Assembly: GCA_039030125.1 (NCBI GenBank)
Contig: JBCCEV010000001.1
Coordinates: 1 to 53,609, forward strand
Reading direction: 5' to 3'
From: Pseudomonadota bacterium
GTDB taxonomy: Bacteria; Pseudomonadota; Gammaproteobacteria; Ga0077536
Length of the DNA stretch: 53,609 nt
The translations under genes and the position numbers were made by a program. The notes under the pieces are model-generated. The model did no database searches. It saw only the letters and a program-made list of their open reading frames with translations, and was not told the origin of the DNA. Shown in pieces: positions 27,357 through 39,700 of this stretch (position 1 is its first letter; every line of letters begins with the position of its first letter).

Positions 27357-28079
27357 ATGAACGAAAGTGAGATGAAGTTTGCGCTCGAGGCCGTTTTGAT
27401 GACGGCCGATACGCCGTTGTCGGTCGACAAACTGCAAAAGATTCTGGCTGGCGACGCAAAAACCGTTGAGCGCGACGCGGTGAAGAAAGCCATTGATGCA
27501 TTGCGCGAGGACTACGCGGCACGCGCGATAGAAATCGCCGAGGTTGCAAACGGCTTTCGTGTGCAATCCAGGGCAGAGTACGCGCAGTGGGTGAACCGCC
27601 AATGGGAGCAGCGCAAGCCCCGTTACTCAAGGGCGCTTATGGAAACCCTTGCAATTATTGCCTACCGGCAACCAATCACGCGTGGTGAGATTGAAAACAT
27701 CCGCGGGGTTGCGGTGAGTACCAACATCGTACGTACCCTGATGGAGCGCGAGTGGGTGCGAATTGTCGGGCATCGCGACGTGCCGGGACGGCCGGCGATT
27801 TATGCGACAAGCAAAGAGTTCTTGGACTACTTTGGCCTTAAATCATTGGAACAGCTACCCAGTCTGGCCGAACTTCGCGACTTCGATGATATGCACCCTG
27901 ATTTATTTAAGGATGTGCCAGCACCCGAGGAAAACGGCGCTGAGGACGCCGGGCAGGACGGTGAATCCGACGAGGCGCTCGACGAACCTTCTCAAGCGCA
28001 AGAAGAGGTGATGGACCAGCCGGTTGTTGAAGGTGAGGAGCCAGCAGCGGCCGTGGAGGCCGCCCGTGACCAAGGCTAG
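27357..28079 (+). CDS. scpB: Segregation and condensation protein B
   Basis: 240 aa. ETLAIIAYRQPITRGEIENIRGV wHTH, acidic C-terminal tail. Follows scpA by 2 nt. Confidence 0.9.
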   Translation: MNESEMKFALEAVLMTADTPLSVDKLQKILAGDAKTVERDAVKKAIDALREDYAARAIEIAEVANGFRVQSRAEYAQWVNRQWEQRKPRYSRALMETLAIIAYRQPITRGEIENIRGVAVSTNIVRTLMEREWVRIVGHRDVPGRPAIYATSKEFLDYFGLKSLEQLPSLAELRDFDDMHPDLFKDVPAPEENGAEDAGQDGESDEALDEPSQAQEEVMDQPVVEGEEPAAAVEAARDQG

Positions 28080-28911
28080 GAACAAAACTCGCCGCACGCC
28101 GCCCAAGAAGACCCCGCGCCAACGCCGTGGCGATCAAGACCCTGAGATTTCTGAAAGCGAGTCCCAGGGTGAGCGCCTGCAGAAGGCGCTGGCCGCGGCG
28201 GGTTGGGGTTCGCGCCGCGAAATCGAGCGCCAAATTAGCGCGGGTCAGATCATGGTCAACGATGTCAAAGCTGTCCTTGGCGTGCGCGTTCAACCCGGCG
28301 ATCGAATTGAAACCCATGACGGTCGCAGGCTCACGGTGCGCGAGCGTGAGCAGGCTCATCGTCTCATCGCGCTCAATAAACCCGTTGGCATGGTTTGTAC
28401 GCGCAAGGACACCGAGGGCCGTAAAACCGTTTTCGATGTTTTGCCGCGCTTAAACACCGGCCGTTGGATCAGTGTCGGCCGTCTCGACATCAATACCAGC
28501 GGGTTGTTGCTTTTCACCACGGACGGTGAGCTGGCCAGCCGGCTGATGCACCCGAGCTATGAAGTCGATCGCGAATACGCGGTGCGGGTGTACGGCGAGG
28601 TTGGCAACGACACCGTGGCTCAACTGCTCGCCGGTGTCGATATCGACGGCGAAGAGCACCGCTTTTTGGACATTGTGGCCGGCGAAAGGAAGGGTGCGAA
28701 CGGTTGGTTTTATTGTGTATTGCAAGGCGGAAAGAATCGCGAAGTAAGGCGCTTGTGGGAATCTCAAGGGTTGACGGTCAGCCGCTTGATGCGAGTGCGC
28801 TTTGGCAACGTGGTGTTGGAGGCCAGCATGCGGCGCGGAAGGCCGGCAGAGCTCAAAGGGCAAATTGCGTCGGACCTGTACCGCTTAGTTCACTTGAATC
28901 CCCCTAAATAG
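28066..28911 (+). CDS. rluB: 23S rRNA pseudouridine synthase B (RsuA/RluB family)
   Basis: Start chosen at GTG 28066, preceded by GGAGG with a 6-nt spacer. Basic N-terminal tail, S4 domain (ERLQKALAAAG), catalytic VGRLDINTSGLLLFT. Confidence 0.85.
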   Translation: MTKARNKTRRTPPKKTPRQRRGDQDPEISESESQGERLQKALAAAGWGSRREIERQISAGQIMVNDVKAVLGVRVQPGDRIETHDGRRLTVREREQAHRLIALNKPVGMVCTRKDTEGRKTVFDVLPRLNTGRWISVGRLDINTSGLLLFTTDGELASRLMHPSYEVDREYAVRVYGEVGNDTVAQLLAGVDIDGEEHRFLDIVAGERKGANGWFYCVLQGGKNREVRRLWESQGLTVSRLMRVRFGNVVLEASMRRGRPAELKGQIASDLYRLVHLNPPK

Positions 28912-29011
28912 CTGTCTTTTTGGGCTTTTCAGTGTCCAAACAATTGATCAGCTAGCACTCGGCGGCTAAGCTTGGCGCCCTTTTTTTGCCTTGGCTTGCA
29001 ACCGAACCGCT

Positions 29012-29776
29012 ATGACACGTCGCGCTTTCGTCGCCGGTAATTGGAAAATGAACAGCTCACCGAATGCGTGCGGAGAGCTTGCTAGCGATGTCGCTCGCAA
29101 GTGTGGGCCCGCGAGTACTTCAATCGACATCGCGCTGTGTCCGCCCGCCGCCTTACTGAATTTGGTTGCTCAAGCGCTGGACGGCTCGCCAATTCAGTTA
29201 GGGGCGCAGGATTGTTCGGAGCACGACAGCGGTGCGTTCACCGGTGAAACCTCTGCTAATACGGTAAAAGAGCTGGGCTGTAGCTATGTGATCTGTGGTC
29301 ATTCGGAACGGCGCGAGCTCTTCGGCGATACGAACGAGCGCGTGGTGGCGAAGCTGCGCGCCGCGACGCGTAGCGGCCTGGTTCCTATCATGTGCGTGGG
29401 CGAGCAACTCGCGGATCGCGAAGCCGGGCGAACTGAGGTGCTGGTCGGTCAGCAACTCGACGCGCTTCTTAGCGGTGACGACGCGGTGGCCTTGAGTAAG
29501 GATTTAGTGATTGCCTATGAGCCCGTGTGGGCGATTGGGACGGGCGTCACAGCGACGCCCGAGCAAGCCCAAGAGGTGCACGCATACATCCGCGCGCGGT
29601 TGCATGAGAAAATTGGCGCCAGGGCCGAGGACACACAGATTTTGTACGGGGGCAGCGTTAAACCCGACAACGCCGCCGCAATCTTTTCAATGCCCGACAT
29701 TGACGGCGGCCTGATTGGTGGCGCCTCGCTTGAGGGCGATTCCTTCGCCGCCGTGTGCGAAGCTGCCCGCACGTAA
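29012..29776 (+). CDS. tpiA: Triose-phosphate isomerase
   Basis: Motifs AGNWKMN, ICGHSERR, AYEPVWAIGTG. Start set at MTRRAFVAGNWKMN. Confidence 0.95.
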   Translation: MTRRAFVAGNWKMNSSPNACGELASDVARKCGPASTSIDIALCPPAALLNLVAQALDGSPIQLGAQDCSEHDSGAFTGETSANTVKELGCSYVICGHSERRELFGDTNERVVAKLRAATRSGLVPIMCVGEQLADREAGRTEVLVGQQLDALLSGDDAVALSKDLVIAYEPVWAIGTGVTATPEQAQEVHAYIRARLHEKIGARAEDTQILYGGSVKPDNAAAIFSMPDIDGGLIGGASLEGDSFAAVCEAART

Positions 29777-29791
29777 AGGAGCGGAACGGAA

Positions 29792-30169
29792 GTGTTTACG
29801 ATTCTAATTGGACTACACATTGTGGTGGGCTTGTTGCTCATTGGCCTAATTTTGCTTCAGCAAGGCGCCGGTGCAACCGCCGGGGTGTCGTTTGGCGGGG
29901 GTTCCTCTCAAACGGTGTTCGGGGCGCGCGGATCGGGTTCGTTTTTAACGCGGGCCACCACTGTATTGGCGATCATTTTTCTCGCCAACAGCCTCGTCTT
30001 GGGGCGCATCAATTCTGGGCGCGTGAACCAAACCAGCATTGTCGACCAGCTTTCCGATTTGCCGGTTCAGGAAGCGCCGGCGATGCCAGACTTGCCGAGC
30101 GATCTGCCCGCACCAGACGTGCCCGGCACCGATGTGCCCGCGTTACCCGGCGAGACTTCGCCCCAGTAG
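29792..30169 (+). CDS. secG: Preprotein translocase subunit SecG
   Basis: 125 aa. Two TM segments with LLQQG between them. Follows tpiA and precedes tRNA-Leu, matching the E. coli secG-leuU arrangement. GTG start with an AAGGAG RBS. Confidence 0.85.
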   Translation: MFTILIGLHIVVGLLLIGLILLQQGAGATAGVSFGGGSSQTVFGARGSGSFLTRATTVLAIIFLANSLVLGRINSGRVNQTSIVDQLSDLPVQEAPAMPDLPSDLPAPDVPGTDVPALPGETSPQ

Positions 30170-30281
30170 CAGCTTTTTTGGTGTTGATTGCACCAGCGTC
30201 GATCACGCGTTCCTCGTTTTCTGGCTACCGGTGCGCCCTTTGCGTATCATGCGCGCTGCGACGCGCCCGGGTCGTGGAAAA

Positions 30282-30366
30282 GCCGATGTGGTGGAATTGG
30301 TAGACACGCTGTCTTGAGGGGGCAGTGCCGCGAGGCGTGCCGGTTCGACTCCGGCCATCGGCACCA
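30282..30366 (+). tRNA. tRNA-Leu (anticodon GAG), CCA encoded
   Basis: Acceptor stem GCCGATG/CATCGGC. D-arm GTGGAATTGGTAGACAC. Anticodon stem CTGTC/GGCAG with loop TTGAGGG (GAG at 30316-30318). Long variable arm. T-arm GCCGGTTCGACTCCGGC. Discriminator A + CCA. Confidence 0.9.
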
Positions 30367-30489
30367 TACTTCAAAGTCAAATAATAAAGCCTGTTGCGGC
30401 ACTCGAGTCCCGCTCTTATACCCTGCAATGGGGTACAATTAAGCTTGGTTAAGACTTGCCGCTATATAAATGAGTAAGGCGGTGTTCCA

Positions 30490-30858
30490 GTGCTCGAGCT
30501 ATATCTGCCCATTTTGATATTTGTCGGGATCGGCGTTGCCATCGGACTTGCCTCACTTGCGGCCAGTTTTGGCATCGGCCAAATCCTGAAAACCGGAAAA
30601 GTAGACGCCGAAAAAGTCTCGCCCTACGAATGTGGGTTCGAGGCATTTGAGGACGCACGCATGAAATTCGACGTGCGTTATTACTTGGTCGCCATACTTT
30701 TCATTATTTTCGATCTAGAGATCGCGTTCTTCTTCCCCTGGGCGGTAGTGCTCGAAGATATTGGGGCCTACGGATTTTGGGCCATGATGATCTTCCTAAC
30801 TATTCTCGTCGTAGGTTTTATCTACGAGTGGCAAAAAGGTGCGCTCGAATGGGAATGA
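30490..30858 (+). CDS. nuoA: NADH-quinone oxidoreductase subunit A
   Basis: 122 aa, three TM segments, PYECGF motif. First gene of the nuo cluster. GTG start. Confidence 0.9.
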   Translation: MLELYLPILIFVGIGVAIGLASLAASFGIGQILKTGKVDAEKVSPYECGFEAFEDARMKFDVRYYLVAILFIIFDLEIAFFFPWAVVLEDIGAYGFWAMMIFLTILVVGFIYEWQKGALEWE

Positions 30859-31325
30859 ACGAGGTCCAAGAAAAAGGTTTTGTCACCACCAGCATCGACA
30901 CCGTAGTGAACTGGGCGCGAACCGGTTCGATGTGGCCGATGACTTTTGGGCTCGCGTGCTGCGCGGTGGAGATGATGCATGCCGGCGCGGCGCGCTATGA
31001 TCTCGACCGGTTTGGCGTGGTGTTCCGCCCCAGCCCCCGCCAATCAGATGTCATGATCGTGGCCGGTACTCTGGTGAATAAGATGGCGCCGGCGCTGCGC
31101 AAAGTTTACGACCAGATGACCGAGCCCAAGTGGGTGATTTCGATGGGGTCGTGCGCGAATGGTGGCGGTTATTATCACTACTCATACGCGGTGACGCGCG
31201 GTTGCGACCGTGTCGTGCCGGTGGATGTTTACGTGCCCGGTTGCCCGCCGACGGCCGAGGCGCTGCTATTTGGGGTTCTGCAGCTTCAGAAGAAGATTAA
31301 AAGAACCACCACCATCAATCGTTAA
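30849..31325 (+). CDS. nuoB: NADH-quinone oxidoreductase subunit B
   Basis: [18 protein letters not shown] and GCPP (N2 cluster ligands). Start ATG at 30849 (or 30855) overlaps the nuoA stop. Confidence 0.92.
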   Translation: MGMNEVQEKGFVTTSIDTVVNWARTGSMWPMTFGLACCAVEMMHAGAARYDLDRFGVVFRPSPRQSDVMIVAGTLVNKMAPALRKVYDQMTEPKWVISMGSCANGGGYYHYSYAVTRGCDRVVPVDVYVPGCPPTAEALLFGVLQLQKKIKRTTTINR

Positions 31326-31336
31326 TCGCATCTTTC

Positions 31337-32059
31337 ATGAATCCAGAGCGCATCGAGGAACTACTCGGCGAGCTGCAAGCGGCCCTAGGTGTCCGTCTGC
31401 AAAGCGCCGAGCCGGCGATTGGTGAGGTCACTATCGAAGTGGCAGCGGGTGATCTTCTTGAGGCCATGACCATTCTTAGAGACGACGAGCGGCTGAGCTT
31501 CACGCAAATGAGCGACCTCTCGGGCTTGGACTTGCTGACCTATGGCCGCGCGGATTGGCAAACGCAGAGCGCGACAAACTCGGGTTTTAGTCGCGGCGTT
31601 GCTAAAGGATCGGTGATTGAAAGCGAAACCGATGAGCGTCGTTTTGCCATCGTTTATCAGTTGCTATCGGTGACTAAAAATCGACGTTTGCGGGTGAAGT
31701 GCTTCCCCCAAGGCGAGCCGCCGACGATAGCGTCGGTCACCTCGATCTGGCCGGTGGCCGATTGGTATGAGCGCGAGGCGTTCGATCTGTTCGGGGTGCT
31801 TTTCGATGGTCATGACGATTTGCGACGGCTCTTAACTGACTACGGTTTCATCGGCCATCCATTTCGCAAAGATTTTCCGCTCGAAGGTCACGTTGAGGTT
31901 CGCTATGACCCCGACAAACAGCGGGTCATCTATCAACCGGTTTCGATCGAACCTCGCACATTGGTGCCGCGAGTGATCCGCGATGACTATCCGGTGCCGC
32001 GCGGGCGTCTGGCGCCGCAGCCCGAGGCCGATGCAGAAGAAGCGAGCGACGATGCCTGA
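31337..32059 (+). CDS. nuoC: NADH-quinone oxidoreductase subunit C (not fused to D)
   Basis: 240 aa. [23 protein letters not shown] is the 30-kDa subunit signature. Acidic C-terminal tail. Confidence 0.92.
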   Translation: MNPERIEELLGELQAALGVRLQSAEPAIGEVTIEVAAGDLLEAMTILRDDERLSFTQMSDLSGLDLLTYGRADWQTQSATNSGFSRGVAKGSVIESETDERRFAIVYQLLSVTKNRRLRVKCFPQGEPPTIASVTSIWPVADWYEREAFDLFGVLFDGHDDLRRLLTDYGFIGHPFRKDFPLEGHVEVRYDPDKQRVIYQPVSIEPRTLVPRVIRDDYPVPRGRLAPQPEADAEEASDDA

Positions 32060-33305
32060 GATCCAGAATTTAACGCTCAACTTCGGCCCGCAGCATCCAG
32101 CCGCCCACGGCGTACTCCGTTTGGTCCTGGAAATGGATGGCGAAGTGATCGAGCGCGCCGATCCGCATATTGGATTACTCCATCGCGGCACTGAAAAGCT
32201 CGCGGAAAATAAACCGTTCAACCAAAGCATTGGCTACATGGATCGGCTCGATTATGTGTCGATGATGTGTAACGAGCATGCTTACGTGCTGGCCATTGAA
32301 AAATTACTGGGTATAGCGGCGCCGGAGCGCGCGCAGTACATCCGCGTTATGTTCGATGAAATCACGCGGATCTTGAACCACTTGATGTGGCTTGGCGCCC
32401 ATGGCCTCGACATCGGCGCGATGACGATGTTTTTGTACTGCTTTCGTGAACGCGAAGATTTAATGGACTGCTACGAGGCGGTTTCCGGAACACGTATGCA
32501 CGCCACCTATTACCGCCCGGGCGGCGTGTACCGCGATTTGCCAGAGGTGATGCCGAAGTATCAGGCTTCAAAGTGGCGTAACCAGAAAGAAGTCGACCTC
32601 CTCAACGAAAACCGCCAGGGTTCGCTGTTAGATTTTATCGAGGACTTCGTCAAACGCTTTCCCAAATGCGTGGACGAGTATGAAACGTTACTAACGGAAA
32701 ACCGGATCTGGAAACAACGTACAGTCGATATTGGCATTGTCGACATTGACCGGGCACTGGCGCTGGGCTTCACTGGGCCGATGTTGCGTGGCTCCGGACT
32801 CGCCTGGGATCTGCGCAAGAAACAACCCTATGAAGTTTATAACCGCCTGGATTTTGATATCCCGGTAGGGGTCAATGGCGACTGCTATGACCGGTATCTC
32901 GTGCGCGTCGAGGAAATGCGGCAGTCAACCCGTATCATTGAGCAGTGTATTGACTGGCTGCGCGCCAACCCGGGGCCGGTGATGCTCGACGATCGCAAGC
33001 TTTCACCGCCCGCGCGCGGCGATATGAAGGGTGACATGGAATCGTTGATTCATCATTTCAAACTGTTCACCGAAGGTTATTGCGTGCCCGCGGGTGAGGC
33101 CTATGCGGCGGTTGAGCATCCGAAAGGTGAGTTCGCTATCTATCTCGTTTCCGATGGCGCCAACAAGCCCTATCGCTTGAAAGCGCGCGCTCCGGGATTT
33201 CCACATTTGGCGGCCATGAATGAATTAGTATCCGGACACATGTTGGCTGATGTCGTAGCGATCATCGGCACGATGGATATCGTGTTCGGGGAGATCGATC
33301 GCTAA
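32052..33305 (+). CDS. nuoD: NADH-quinone oxidoreductase subunit D
   Basis: Starts [25 protein letters not shown]. The ATG overlaps the nuoC stop (ATGCCTGA). Confidence 0.95.
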   Translation: MPEIQNLTLNFGPQHPAAHGVLRLVLEMDGEVIERADPHIGLLHRGTEKLAENKPFNQSIGYMDRLDYVSMMCNEHAYVLAIEKLLGIAAPERAQYIRVMFDEITRILNHLMWLGAHGLDIGAMTMFLYCFREREDLMDCYEAVSGTRMHATYYRPGGVYRDLPEVMPKYQASKWRNQKEVDLLNENRQGSLLDFIEDFVKRFPKCVDEYETLLTENRIWKQRTVDIGIVDIDRALALGFTGPMLRGSGLAWDLRKKQPYEVYNRLDFDIPVGVNGDCYDRYLVRVEEMRQSTRIIEQCIDWLRANPGPVMLDDRKLSPPARGDMKGDMESLIHHFKLFTEGYCVPAGEAYAAVEHPKGEFAIYLVSDGANKPYRLKARAPGFPHLAAMNELVSGHMLADVVAIIGTMDIVFGEIDR

Positions 33306-33805
33306 TGGCTGAAACCGAAACAGCCATGGAACTTTCGGCGCACGCTAGGGAAGTGATCGACCGCTGGGTAGCCAAATATCCCCCCGAGCGTAAACAGTCG
33401 GCCGTGCTTGCTGCATTGAGTGAAGTACAGCACGAGAACGAGGGTTATTTAACGACGCCATTGATGGACGCGGTCGCGGACTATCTCGGCATGCCAAAAA
33501 TCGCGGTCTATGAAGTGGCGAGCTTCTACTCGATGTATGAGACGAGTGAAGTGGGCCGCAACAACGTTGCGATTTGTACCAATATCTCCTGCATGTTGCG
33601 GGGTAGCGGTGAAATCGTCGAGCACATTGAAAAGAAGCTGGGGATCAAGGTGGGTGAGTCCACACCGGACGGCCGGATTTTCCTCAAGCGCGAAGAAGAG
33701 TGTCTGGCCGCCTGTTGCGGCGCGCCGATGATGCAGGTGAACCACGTCTATCACGAGAAGCTCACGACCGATAAGGTCGACGAGATTCTCGATGCGCTGG
33801 ATTAA
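33305..33805 (+). CDS. nuoE: NADH-quinone oxidoreductase subunit E
   Basis: 166 aa. 2Fe-2S cysteines CTNISC ... [14 protein letters not shown] overlap with nuoD. Confidence 0.93.
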   Translation: MAETETAMELSAHAREVIDRWVAKYPPERKQSAVLAALSEVQHENEGYLTTPLMDAVADYLGMPKIAVYEVASFYSMYETSEVGRNNVAICTNISCMLRGSGEIVEHIEKKLGIKVGESTPDGRIFLKREEECLAACCGAPMMQVNHVYHEKLTTDKVDEILDALD

Positions 33806-33825
33806 CGATTAACGAAGAGCAAGGC

Positions 33826-35127
33826 ATGAGCGAAATTAAACTCAATCAAACCTGCTTTGAAACGCTGCAGTTCGACGAACCTTGGACGTTTGAGAACTAT
33901 CTCAACATTGGCGGCTATGAAGCGTTGAAGAAAGTCTATGGGCAAAAAATGGCGCCTGAGGACGTCATCGAGGAAGTGAAAGCTTCGGGGCTGCGTGGCC
34001 GCGGCGGGGCAGGATTTCCAGCCGGAGTGAAATGGAGCTTTATGCCCAAAGATCCCAACATCCAAAAATACATCGTTTGCAATTCTGACGAGAGCGAACC
34101 GGGCACTTGCAAAGACCGGGACATCCTCAGGTTTAATCCGCATGCATTGGTTGAGGGAATGGCGATCGCGGGCTATGCAATCGGCGCAACGGTTGGTTAC
34201 AACTACATGCGTGGTGAGTTTATGGATGAGTGCGCGCGACGCTTCCAAAACGCCTTGGATGAAGCCTACGAGCACGGGTTTCTCGGCAGCAATGTCCTGG
34301 ATTCCGGCGTCGACTTCGACCTGCACATGCACCTGGGCGCGGGCGCCTACATCTGCGGTGAAGAAACGGCGTTGCTGGAATCGCTCGAAGGCAAGAAAGG
34401 TCAGCCGCGCTTCAAGCCGCCATTTCCAGCAGGCTATGGCCTCTACGGTGCGCCGACGACCATCAACAACACTGAGTCGCTTTCGTCGGTACCGACCATC
34501 ATTCGCAAGGGCGCGCAGTGGTTTGCCGACATGGGTAAACCCAACAATGGTGGTACCAAGGTTTTCTCGGTCAGCGGGCACGTCGAAAATCCTGGCAACT
34601 TTGAAATACCGATGGGATTGCCGTTCAAAGATCTGCTTGCGCTGGCGGGCGGTATTTGGAAAGGCCGGCAGTTAAAAGCCGTCATACCCGGCGGCTCCTC
34701 AGTCCCGGTCTTGCCCGGCGAAATCATGATGGAAGTCGATATGGACTACGATTCGATTTCTGGTGCGGGTTCAATGTTGGGTTCTGGTGCGGTGGTCGTT
34801 ATGGATGAAACCACGGATATGGTCCAAGTCCTTCGCCGCATCTCCCGGTTCTATTACGCCGAGTCGTGCGGGCAATGCACACCGTGCCGGGAAGGAACGG
34901 GATGGCTGTATCGCATGCTTTGCCGGATTATCGATGGTGAAGGAACGCCTGCTGATCTCGACAAGCTTGATGACGTGGCCGCAAAGATTGAAGGACGGAC
35001 GATTTGTGCTCTAGGCGACGCTGCCGCGATGCCGGTGCGGAGTTTTATTAAGCATTACCGTCATGAGTTCGCGCACTACATTGAGCACAAGTGCAGCATC
35101 TTGGATAAGAAAGACCGCGCGGCCTAG
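33826..35127 (+). CDS. nuoF: NADH-quinone oxidoreductase subunit F
   Basis: 433 aa. GRGGAGFP (FMN/NADH site) and [12 protein letters not shown] (N3 cluster). Confidence 0.96.
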   Translation: MSEIKLNQTCFETLQFDEPWTFENYLNIGGYEALKKVYGQKMAPEDVIEEVKASGLRGRGGAGFPAGVKWSFMPKDPNIQKYIVCNSDESEPGTCKDRDILRFNPHALVEGMAIAGYAIGATVGYNYMRGEFMDECARRFQNALDEAYEHGFLGSNVLDSGVDFDLHMHLGAGAYICGEETALLESLEGKKGQPRFKPPFPAGYGLYGAPTTINNTESLSSVPTIIRKGAQWFADMGKPNNGGTKVFSVSGHVENPGNFEIPMGLPFKDLLALAGGIWKGRQLKAVIPGGSSVPVLPGEIMMEVDMDYDSISGAGSMLGSGAVVVMDETTDMVQVLRRISRFYYAESCGQCTPCREGTGWLYRMLCRIIDGEGTPADLDKLDDVAAKIEGRTICALGDAAAMPVRSFIKHYRHEFAHYIEHKCSILDKKDRAA

Positions 35128-35133
35128 ATCGTA

Positions 35134-37512
35134 ATGAGCGACGATACCGTCAAAATAGAAGTCGATGGCCAGGAGCTTGAAGCGCGCAAGGGCTCGATGC
35201 TGATCGAAGCGACCGATGCTGCGGGTATTTATATTCCGCGTTTTTGCTATCACAAAAATTTGTCAGTGGCGGCTAACTGCCGCATGTGCCTGGTGGAAAT
35301 GGAACGCGCGCCCAAGCCCGTACCGGCCTGCGCTACACCGGTGATGGATGGCATGAAGGTGATGACTCGCTCTGAAAAGGCGGTGAGTGGTCAGCGCGCC
35401 ACAATGGAATTCCTTTTAATTAACCATCCGCTTGATTGCCCGATTTGTGATCAGGGCGGTGAGTGCGAACTGCAGGATTTAGCACTGGGTTACGGTGGCG
35501 ACATCGGTCAGTACACCGAAGGCAAGCGCGTCGTGCGCGACAAGGATATTGGTCCTTTGGTGCAAACCGACCTCACCCGCTGCATTCACTGCACTCGCTG
35601 TGTTCGATTCGGTGAGGAAATCGCGGGACTTCGTGAACTTGGCGCCACCGGTCGCGGCGAACATATGGAGATCGGGACCTACGTTGCGAAGGCTATGACC
35701 TCGGAATTGTCGGGCAACGTCATTGACGTGTGTCCGGTTGGTGCGCTGACCTCAAAACCCTATCGCTACTCGGCGCGGGCGTGGGAGCTACAACAAGCCG
35801 ACGGCGTGGCGCCTCACGATAACTTCGGGTCGAACGTGCACTTCCATATCAAGGGCCCGATCGTTAAACGCGTGGTGCCCAAAGATAACGACGATCTCAA
35901 TCAAACTTGGCTCTCCGATCGTGATCGCTTCAGCTATCAGGGCTTGAATCACGACTCGCGTCTAATCACGCCCAGAGTCAAAGAAAATGGTGAATGGCGT
36001 GATTGCGATTGGAATACCGCTTTCAGCACGCTGACGGCTGGCATCATGGCGGCGGTAGAGAAAGGTCCCGAGCAGTTGGGCGCATTATTGTCACCAAATG
36101 CGACCACAGAAGAGTGCTATCTGATGCAACGCTTGGTGAGGGGGCTTGGATCGCACAATGTAGACCACCGACTGCGGCAAATTGAGTTTGCCGATCAAGC
36201 TGCCGAGCCTCTCTCGCCATGCATGGGGGCGGCACCGGAAGCTTACGAAAATGCTGATGCAATTCTGCTGTTAGGGGCTCATCCACGCCATGAAAGCCCG
36301 CTATTAAACCTGCGGATCCGCAAAGCCGCGCTCCAAGGTGCAAAGGTTTCGCAAATCGATTGTGTGACCCACGATCACAACTTTAATCTGTTTCAACAAC
36401 TGGCGCTGAAGCCCAGCGCGATGGTTGGTGCAGCCGCGGCGCTTCTCAAAAGTGTCAGCAACGGCGAACTAATCGAGGCCCCGGTTGACCGCTTCTTGGA
36501 GCTCGCTGAGCACAGTGAGCCGTTGACCGAAATCGCCGCCAGCCTGCGGGACGCTGAACGCCCTATCGTCGTACTTGGCGGGACTGTGCAACGGCATGCT
36601 TCGCGCAGCGCGCTGTGCCAGATCGCAGAGCAGATTGCGTCGCTTAGCAATGGCACCTTGGGTTATCTGACCGACGGCGCCAACGCCGCGGGCGCCTGGC
36701 TTGCGGGCGCGGTACCGCATCGTGGCCCCGGTGGGCGTGCTTTGGAGTCGGTGGGCAGACACAGCGCCGAATTGTTGAGTGGCAAACAAGGCGCGTTGAT
36801 ACTGCTCGGATTCGAGCCGGATCTCGACTGCGCGCTGAGCAGCACAGCAACCGAAGCACTTTCGCAGACCGATTTCGTGGCCGCCATAACTGCGTTCAAC
36901 AATCCCCTGCTGGAGGCCAGCGCAGACGTTCTTTTACCGATGGCGGCTTATGCGGAAAACGAGGGGACCTACGTCAACGGATTTGGTGTGTGGCAGAGCT
37001 TTGGTGCGGCCGTGCGGCCGCAGGGTGATGCCCGCCCCGCTTGGAAAAAACTACGAGTGATCGGCGAACAACTCGGGTTATCCGGATTTGACGCCCAAAG
37101 CTGCGGCGATGTGACAAGCGAGATTAAGGCGCTCGCCGGCTCGATCAGCAACAACGGCCATCGTAATACGCCCGCTGTGGTCGAAGCCACAAACGGGCTA
37201 GGCAATGGCGCGTTGGAGCTGCATGTTCAAGTCCCTATTTACAGCGCCGATCCCTTGGTGCGCCGTTCCGCAGCTCTGGGATCAATGATGCAAGCGGGGA
37301 GTGATGCGGTAAGTCTGTCGCCAACCGATGCCCAAGCGTGTGGTTTGGCCGATGGAGAAATCGCGAACATCAAGGTCGGCGATGAAGAGCTGTCGTTGGC
37401 CGTGGTCGTCGACGACCGGGTGGCCGCGGGTGTTTGCGCGATCGACGCAGGCCGCCGCGCGACCGCCGCGGTGTCGCAAGTTGGCGCCGCGGTCGAGGTG
37501 AGTAAGAGCTAA
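35134..37512 (+). CDS. nuoG: NADH-quinone oxidoreductase subunit G
   Basis: 792 aa. 2Fe-2[16 protein letters not shown], 4Fe-4[11 protein letters not shown] and CIHCTRC, then a molybdopterin-like domain. Confidence 0.95.
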   Translation: MSDDTVKIEVDGQELEARKGSMLIEATDAAGIYIPRFCYHKNLSVAANCRMCLVEMERAPKPVPACATPVMDGMKVMTRSEKAVSGQRATMEFLLINHPLDCPICDQGGECELQDLALGYGGDIGQYTEGKRVVRDKDIGPLVQTDLTRCIHCTRCVRFGEEIAGLRELGATGRGEHMEIGTYVAKAMTSELSGNVIDVCPVGALTSKPYRYSARAWELQQADGVAPHDNFGSNVHFHIKGPIVKRVVPKDNDDLNQTWLSDRDRFSYQGLNHDSRLITPRVKENGEWRDCDWNTAFSTLTAGIMAAVEKGPEQLGALLSPNATTEECYLMQRLVRGLGSHNVDHRLRQIEFADQAAEPLSPCMGAAPEAYENADAILLLGAHPRHESPLLNLRIRKAALQGAKVSQIDCVTHDHNFNLFQQLALKPSAMVGAAAALLKSVSNGELIEAPVDRFLELAEHSEPLTEIAASLRDAERPIVVLGGTVQRHASRSALCQIAEQIASLSNGTLGYLTDGANAAGAWLAGAVPHRGPGGRALESVGRHSAELLSGKQGALILLGFEPDLDCALSSTATEALSQTDFVAAITAFNNPLLEASADVLLPMAAYAENEGTYVNGFGVWQSFGAAVRPQGDARPAWKKLRVIGEQLGLSGFDAQSCGDVTSEIKALAGSISNNGHRNTPAVVEATNGLGNGALELHVQVPIYSADPLVRRSAALGSMMQAGSDAVSLSPTDAQACGLADGEIANIKVGDEELSLAVVVDDRVAAGVCAIDAGRRATAAVSQVGAAVEVSKS

Positions 37513-38594
37513 TGCAGCTAAGCGAACTAAGCCCTTTCCCGTTTATTGAATCGACGCTCGCGCCATTTGTCCCCGATCCGATCATCCTTACTTCCATCAT
37601 TGTTATGAAGATCCTCATGATCGTTTTGCCGATCATGGGATGCGTGGCGTATCTCACGCTGGCCGAGCGCAAAGTGATTGGCTACATCCAGGTGCGGATT
37701 GGTCCGAATCGCGTAGGACCCCGTGGCTTCCTGCAGCCCATAGCCGATGCGCTGAAGCTTTTGACGAAGGAAGTCATTGTTCCCACGGGCGCCAATCGTT
37801 TTCTGTTTCTCATTGCCCCTATTCTGGCGTTGGCGCCGGCATTAGCGGCATGGGCCGTGGTGCCATTCGAAGGCGAGATGATTCTTGCCGATATCAACGC
37901 TGGATTACTGTACGTCTTGGCACTGACTTCGCTGGGCGTTTACGGGATTATCGTGGCGGGTTGGGCTTCCAATTCCAAGTACGCTTTTCTTGGCGCGATG
38001 CGTTCGGCGGCGCAAATCGTGTCCTATGAGATTGCGATGGGCTTTGCACTAGTCGGCGTCTTGATCGCGGCGGGCAGTTTGAATTTGGGTGAAATCGTTG
38101 AGTCGCAACGTGGTGTTATTGGCCCTTTTAGTTGGTTTTGGGTGCCGTTGCTGCCGCTGTTCGTGATCTACTTTATTTCCGGCGTCGCGGAGACTAACCG
38201 TGCCCCCTTCGATGTTAGTGAAGGGGAATCGGAGATTGTGGCGGGGTTTCACGTTGAATACGCTGGGATGGCGTTCGCACTGTTTTTCCTGGCTGAATAC
38301 GCCAACATGATATTAATCTCCGCGCTTACCGCGGTGATGTTCTTGGGCGGTTGGTTGTCGCCATTTTGGTGGTGGGCAGACGTTCCATTGCTCGGCGATG
38401 GCATTCAGTGGTTTGTGTTCAAGACGGCTTTCTTTTTATTTCTATTCCTTTGGTTTCGCGCCACTTTCCCCCGGTATCGTTACGACCAGATCATGCGCCT
38501 GGGGTGGAAAGTTTTTTTACCGATTACCATCGTTTGGATTGTCGTGGTTGGTGCGATGGTGGTGTGGAAGTTTCCCCCGTGGTTCGCCGCCTAG
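37512..38594 (+). CDS. nuoH: NADH-quinone oxidoreductase subunit H
   Basis: 360 aa. [20 protein letters not shown] signature, multi-TM. TAATG overlap with nuoG. Confidence 0.93.
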   Translation: MQLSELSPFPFIESTLAPFVPDPIILTSIIVMKILMIVLPIMGCVAYLTLAERKVIGYIQVRIGPNRVGPRGFLQPIADALKLLTKEVIVPTGANRFLFLIAPILALAPALAAWAVVPFEGEMILADINAGLLYVLALTSLGVYGIIVAGWASNSKYAFLGAMRSAAQIVSYEIAMGFALVGVLIAAGSLNLGEIVESQRGVIGPFSWFWVPLLPLFVIYFISGVAETNRAPFDVSEGESEIVAGFHVEYAGMAFALFFLAEYANMILISALTAVMFLGGWLSPFWWWADVPLLGDGIQWFVFKTAFFLFLFLWFRATFPRYRYDQIMRLGWKVFLPITIVWIVVVGAMVVWKFPPWFAA

Positions 38595-38603
38595 GAGCTC
38601 GTT

Positions 38604-39092
38604 ATGTCCCAAGTTGCGAATTATTTTAAGAGCCTGACCCTTTGGGAATTACTCAAAGGCCTGCGCTTGACCGGTCGTTACCTGGTTGAGCGGAAAGTAA
38701 CGGTGCAGTATCCCGAAGAAAAAACACCGCAGTCTCCACGTTTTCGCGGCCTCCATGCCTTGCGCCGTTACCCGAACGGTGAAGAGCGATGTATAGCTTG
38801 TAAGCTCTGCGAAGCGGTGTGTCCGGCACTCGCGATCACGATCGAAAGCGAGCCTCGTGACGACGGCACCCGGCGTACAACGAAATATGAGATTGATCTC
38901 TCGAAATGTATTTTTTGCGGATTCTGTGAAGAATCCTGTCCCGTCGATTCGATCGTTGAAACACGCCATTTTGAGTATCACGGCGAAGAACGCAGCGACC
39001 TCATCATGACCAAGCAAAAACTGCTGGCCAACGCCGAGCGGTTTGAGGCTCAAATCGCCGAAGATCGCGCAACCGAGGCGCGCTACCGGTAG
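38604..39092 (+). CDS. nuoI: NADH-quinone oxidoreductase subunit I
   Basis: 162 aa. Two ferredoxin-type motifs, [12 protein letters not shown] and [12 protein letters not shown]. Confidence 0.95.
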   Translation: MSQVANYFKSLTLWELLKGLRLTGRYLVERKVTVQYPEEKTPQSPRFRGLHALRRYPNGEERCIACKLCEAVCPALAITIESEPRDDGTRRTTKYEIDLSKCIFCGFCEESCPVDSIVETRHFEYHGEERSDLIMTKQKLLANAERFEAQIAEDRATEARYR

Positions 39093-39098
39093 TGTTCA

Positions 39099-39698
39099 AT
39101 GGTTGAGCAGATCGTCTTTTACTTTTTTGCCGCGCTGCTGGTTTTCGCGGCGACGATGGTGATCACGGTGCGCAACCCGGTGCACGCCGCGCTCTATTTA
39201 GTCCTGGCTTTCTTCTCGAGTGCGGGGCTGTGGTTGCTTCTCGAAGCAGAGTTCTTGGCGATCGCGTTAGTGCTCGTCTACGTCGGCGCAGTGATGGTTC
39301 TTTTTCTTTTCGTGGTGATGATGCTCGATATCAATATCGCCGAACTGCGCGAAGGTTTTGCCAGGTATCTGCCGATCGCAGTTATCGTTGCCATTGGCAT
39401 GCTGCTATCGCTGGTGACCGTCGTCGGCCATGACAACTTTGGTGTTGCGCAGATGGGCACCGGCACCACTCATGCCGTTGACTACAACAATACCCGCGAG
39501 CTGGGCCTGGTGCTGTATACCCAGTTCATTTGGCCTTTTGAAATAGCGGCGGTGATTTTGTTGGTCGCGATCGTTGCTGCCATCGCGCTAACGCTCAGAG
39601 GCACACGCCAGCATAAGCAACCGAAAGTTGAGCGTCAGCTTGCCGCTCGGCGTGACGATCGCGTGCGCCTGATTAAAGTCGAGGCGGAGACAGAATAG
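39099..39698 (+). CDS. nuoJ: NADH-quinone oxidoreductase subunit J
   Basis: 199 aa, hydrophobic. Positioned between nuoI and nuoK. Confidence 0.88.
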   Translation: MVEQIVFYFFAALLVFAATMVITVRNPVHAALYLVLAFFSSAGLWLLLEAEFLAIALVLVYVGAVMVLFLFVVMMLDINIAELREGFARYLPIAVIVAIGMLLSLVTVVGHDNFGVAQMGTGTTHAVDYNNTRELGLVLYTQFIWPFEIAAVILLVAIVAAIALTLRGTRQHKQPKVERQLAARRDDRVRLIKVEAETE

Positions 39699-39700
39699 CG

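Noticed and set aside
28961-28987. A T7 run after rluB, which could mark a terminator.
   Set aside because: The preceding stem is only about 4 bp (GGCG/CGCC) with an 11-nt loop. That is insufficient to call.
30282-30366. The tRNA-Leu gene as a possible genomic-island integration site.
   Set aside because: There is no integrase, no direct repeat of the tRNA 3' end, and no compositional change downstream. The next genes are the core nuo operon, and secG-tRNA-Leu is a conserved arrangement.
30367-30489. A search for a nuo promoter between tRNA-Leu and nuoA (TACAAT at 30434, TATAAA at 30465).
   Set aside because: Neither -10-like hexamer has an acceptable -35 at 16-18 nt. The operon may be read through from tpiA-secG-tRNA or use a promoter I cannot recognise.
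33802-34581. A 259-aa minus-strand ORF, plus the 177-aa off-frame plus-strand ORF 34142..34675.
   Set aside because: Both lie inside nuoF, whose frame carries unmistakable FMN/NADH and Fe-S motifs. They are shadow ORFs.
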